Origin: Bacillota bacterium | GTDB taxonomy: Bacteria > Bacillota > Clostridia > Christensenellales > UBA1242 | Assembly: GCA_009784375.1 (NCBI GenBank) | Contig: WRBV01000001.1 | Location: 18,546-82,545, forward strand | Direction of reading: 5' to 3' | Length of the DNA stretch: 64,000 nt | Part shown: positions 63,710-64,000 of the stretch, one piece after another | Position numbering within the stretch: the stretch's first letter is position 1 | How the letters are laid out: every line of letters starts with the position of its first letter | Program-made: the position numbers and the translations under genes | The notes under the pieces: generated by a model | What the model saw: only the letters and a program-made list of their open reading frames with translations | Databases searched by the model: none | Told to the model about the DNA's origin: nothing

Positions 63710-64000
63710 ATGGCTAAAAAACAACCAAGATATAAAAGTAAAGCAGCACAAGATTTCTTTGAAAAATATGGTGACACAGCACCAGAAAGAAAAGACCCTG
63801 GCATAGAAAGTGATTCACTTCGTTGGACTAAATACCTGGTGTTTGGACTTAACTATGCTGTCTTTCTTATGATTGCCGTTGTAGGTATTGTTATGATTTC
63901 AACAGCACCAGACCTAATCGCTGACAGCGGTGCGGGTGGCGGCGGTGGTGGTTCAACCGAATCCACAATTCCAACCATTTACTTTGTGTTTGGAATAATC
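63710..64000 (+). CDS. hypothetical membrane protein, N-terminal part (runs off window)
   Basis: GAGGAGG RBS. MAKKQPRYKSKAAQDFF..., a TM segment, then a poly-Gly stretch. Confidence 0.5.
   Translation, partial: MAKKQPRYKSKAAQDFFEKYGDTAPERKDPGIESDSLRWTKYLVFGLNYAVFLMIAVVGIVMISTAPDLIADSGAGGGGGGSTESTIPTIYFVFGII

Noticed and set aside
1-64000. A search for rRNA genes, CRISPR arrays and transposase or IS elements
   Set aside because: None was seen. No rRNA signatures, no regularly spaced short repeats, and no DDE or IS200-type transposase motifs appear among the ORFs. The only recombinase is the serine recombinase at 54001-55596.

Overview
This is a 64-kb low-GC bacterial chromosome window. The genetic code is standard: TGA terminates lepB and the recombinase, and Trp is TGG. 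Gene content looks Bacillota/Mycoplasmatota-like, but the taxon cannot be fixed from sequence alone. The window covers the replication-origin neighbourhood in a rearranged form. It holds partial gyrB, head-to-head parA and parB with three perfect parS palindromes, dnaA-recF head-to-head with dnaN across DnaA boxes, and rpmH-rnpA-yidD-yidC-jag. Housekeeping genes (ndk, lepB, uppP, ogt, rlmH, cysS, pyk, leuS, rplK-rplA, three tRNAs) are interspersed with accessory genes. Two regions stand out. (1) 40.2-48.7 kb is a tightly packed, translationally coupled six-gene operon. In order it encodes agmatine deiminase, a 658-aa protein with alpha/alpha-toroid-like repeats, a ParA/MinD-like ATPase with a KGGxGR P-loop variant, a 737-aa orphan, a tandem AdoMetDC(SpeH)-fold protein, and a membrane protein with CorA-like topology. 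I cannot match this combination to any described system, and it is my best candidate for a novel system. (2) 54.0 to about 60.7 kb is an island abutting tRNA-Val. It carries a large serine recombinase whose stop codon lies inside the tRNA 3' end, a ~660-nt gene-free hairpin-dense segment (candidate large ncRNA), a methylase-nuclease-methylase R-M cassette, and an orphan gene followed by an XRE-ImmA/IrrE fusion gene. All calls come from reading motifs by eye. No database search, covariance model or fold prediction was run.
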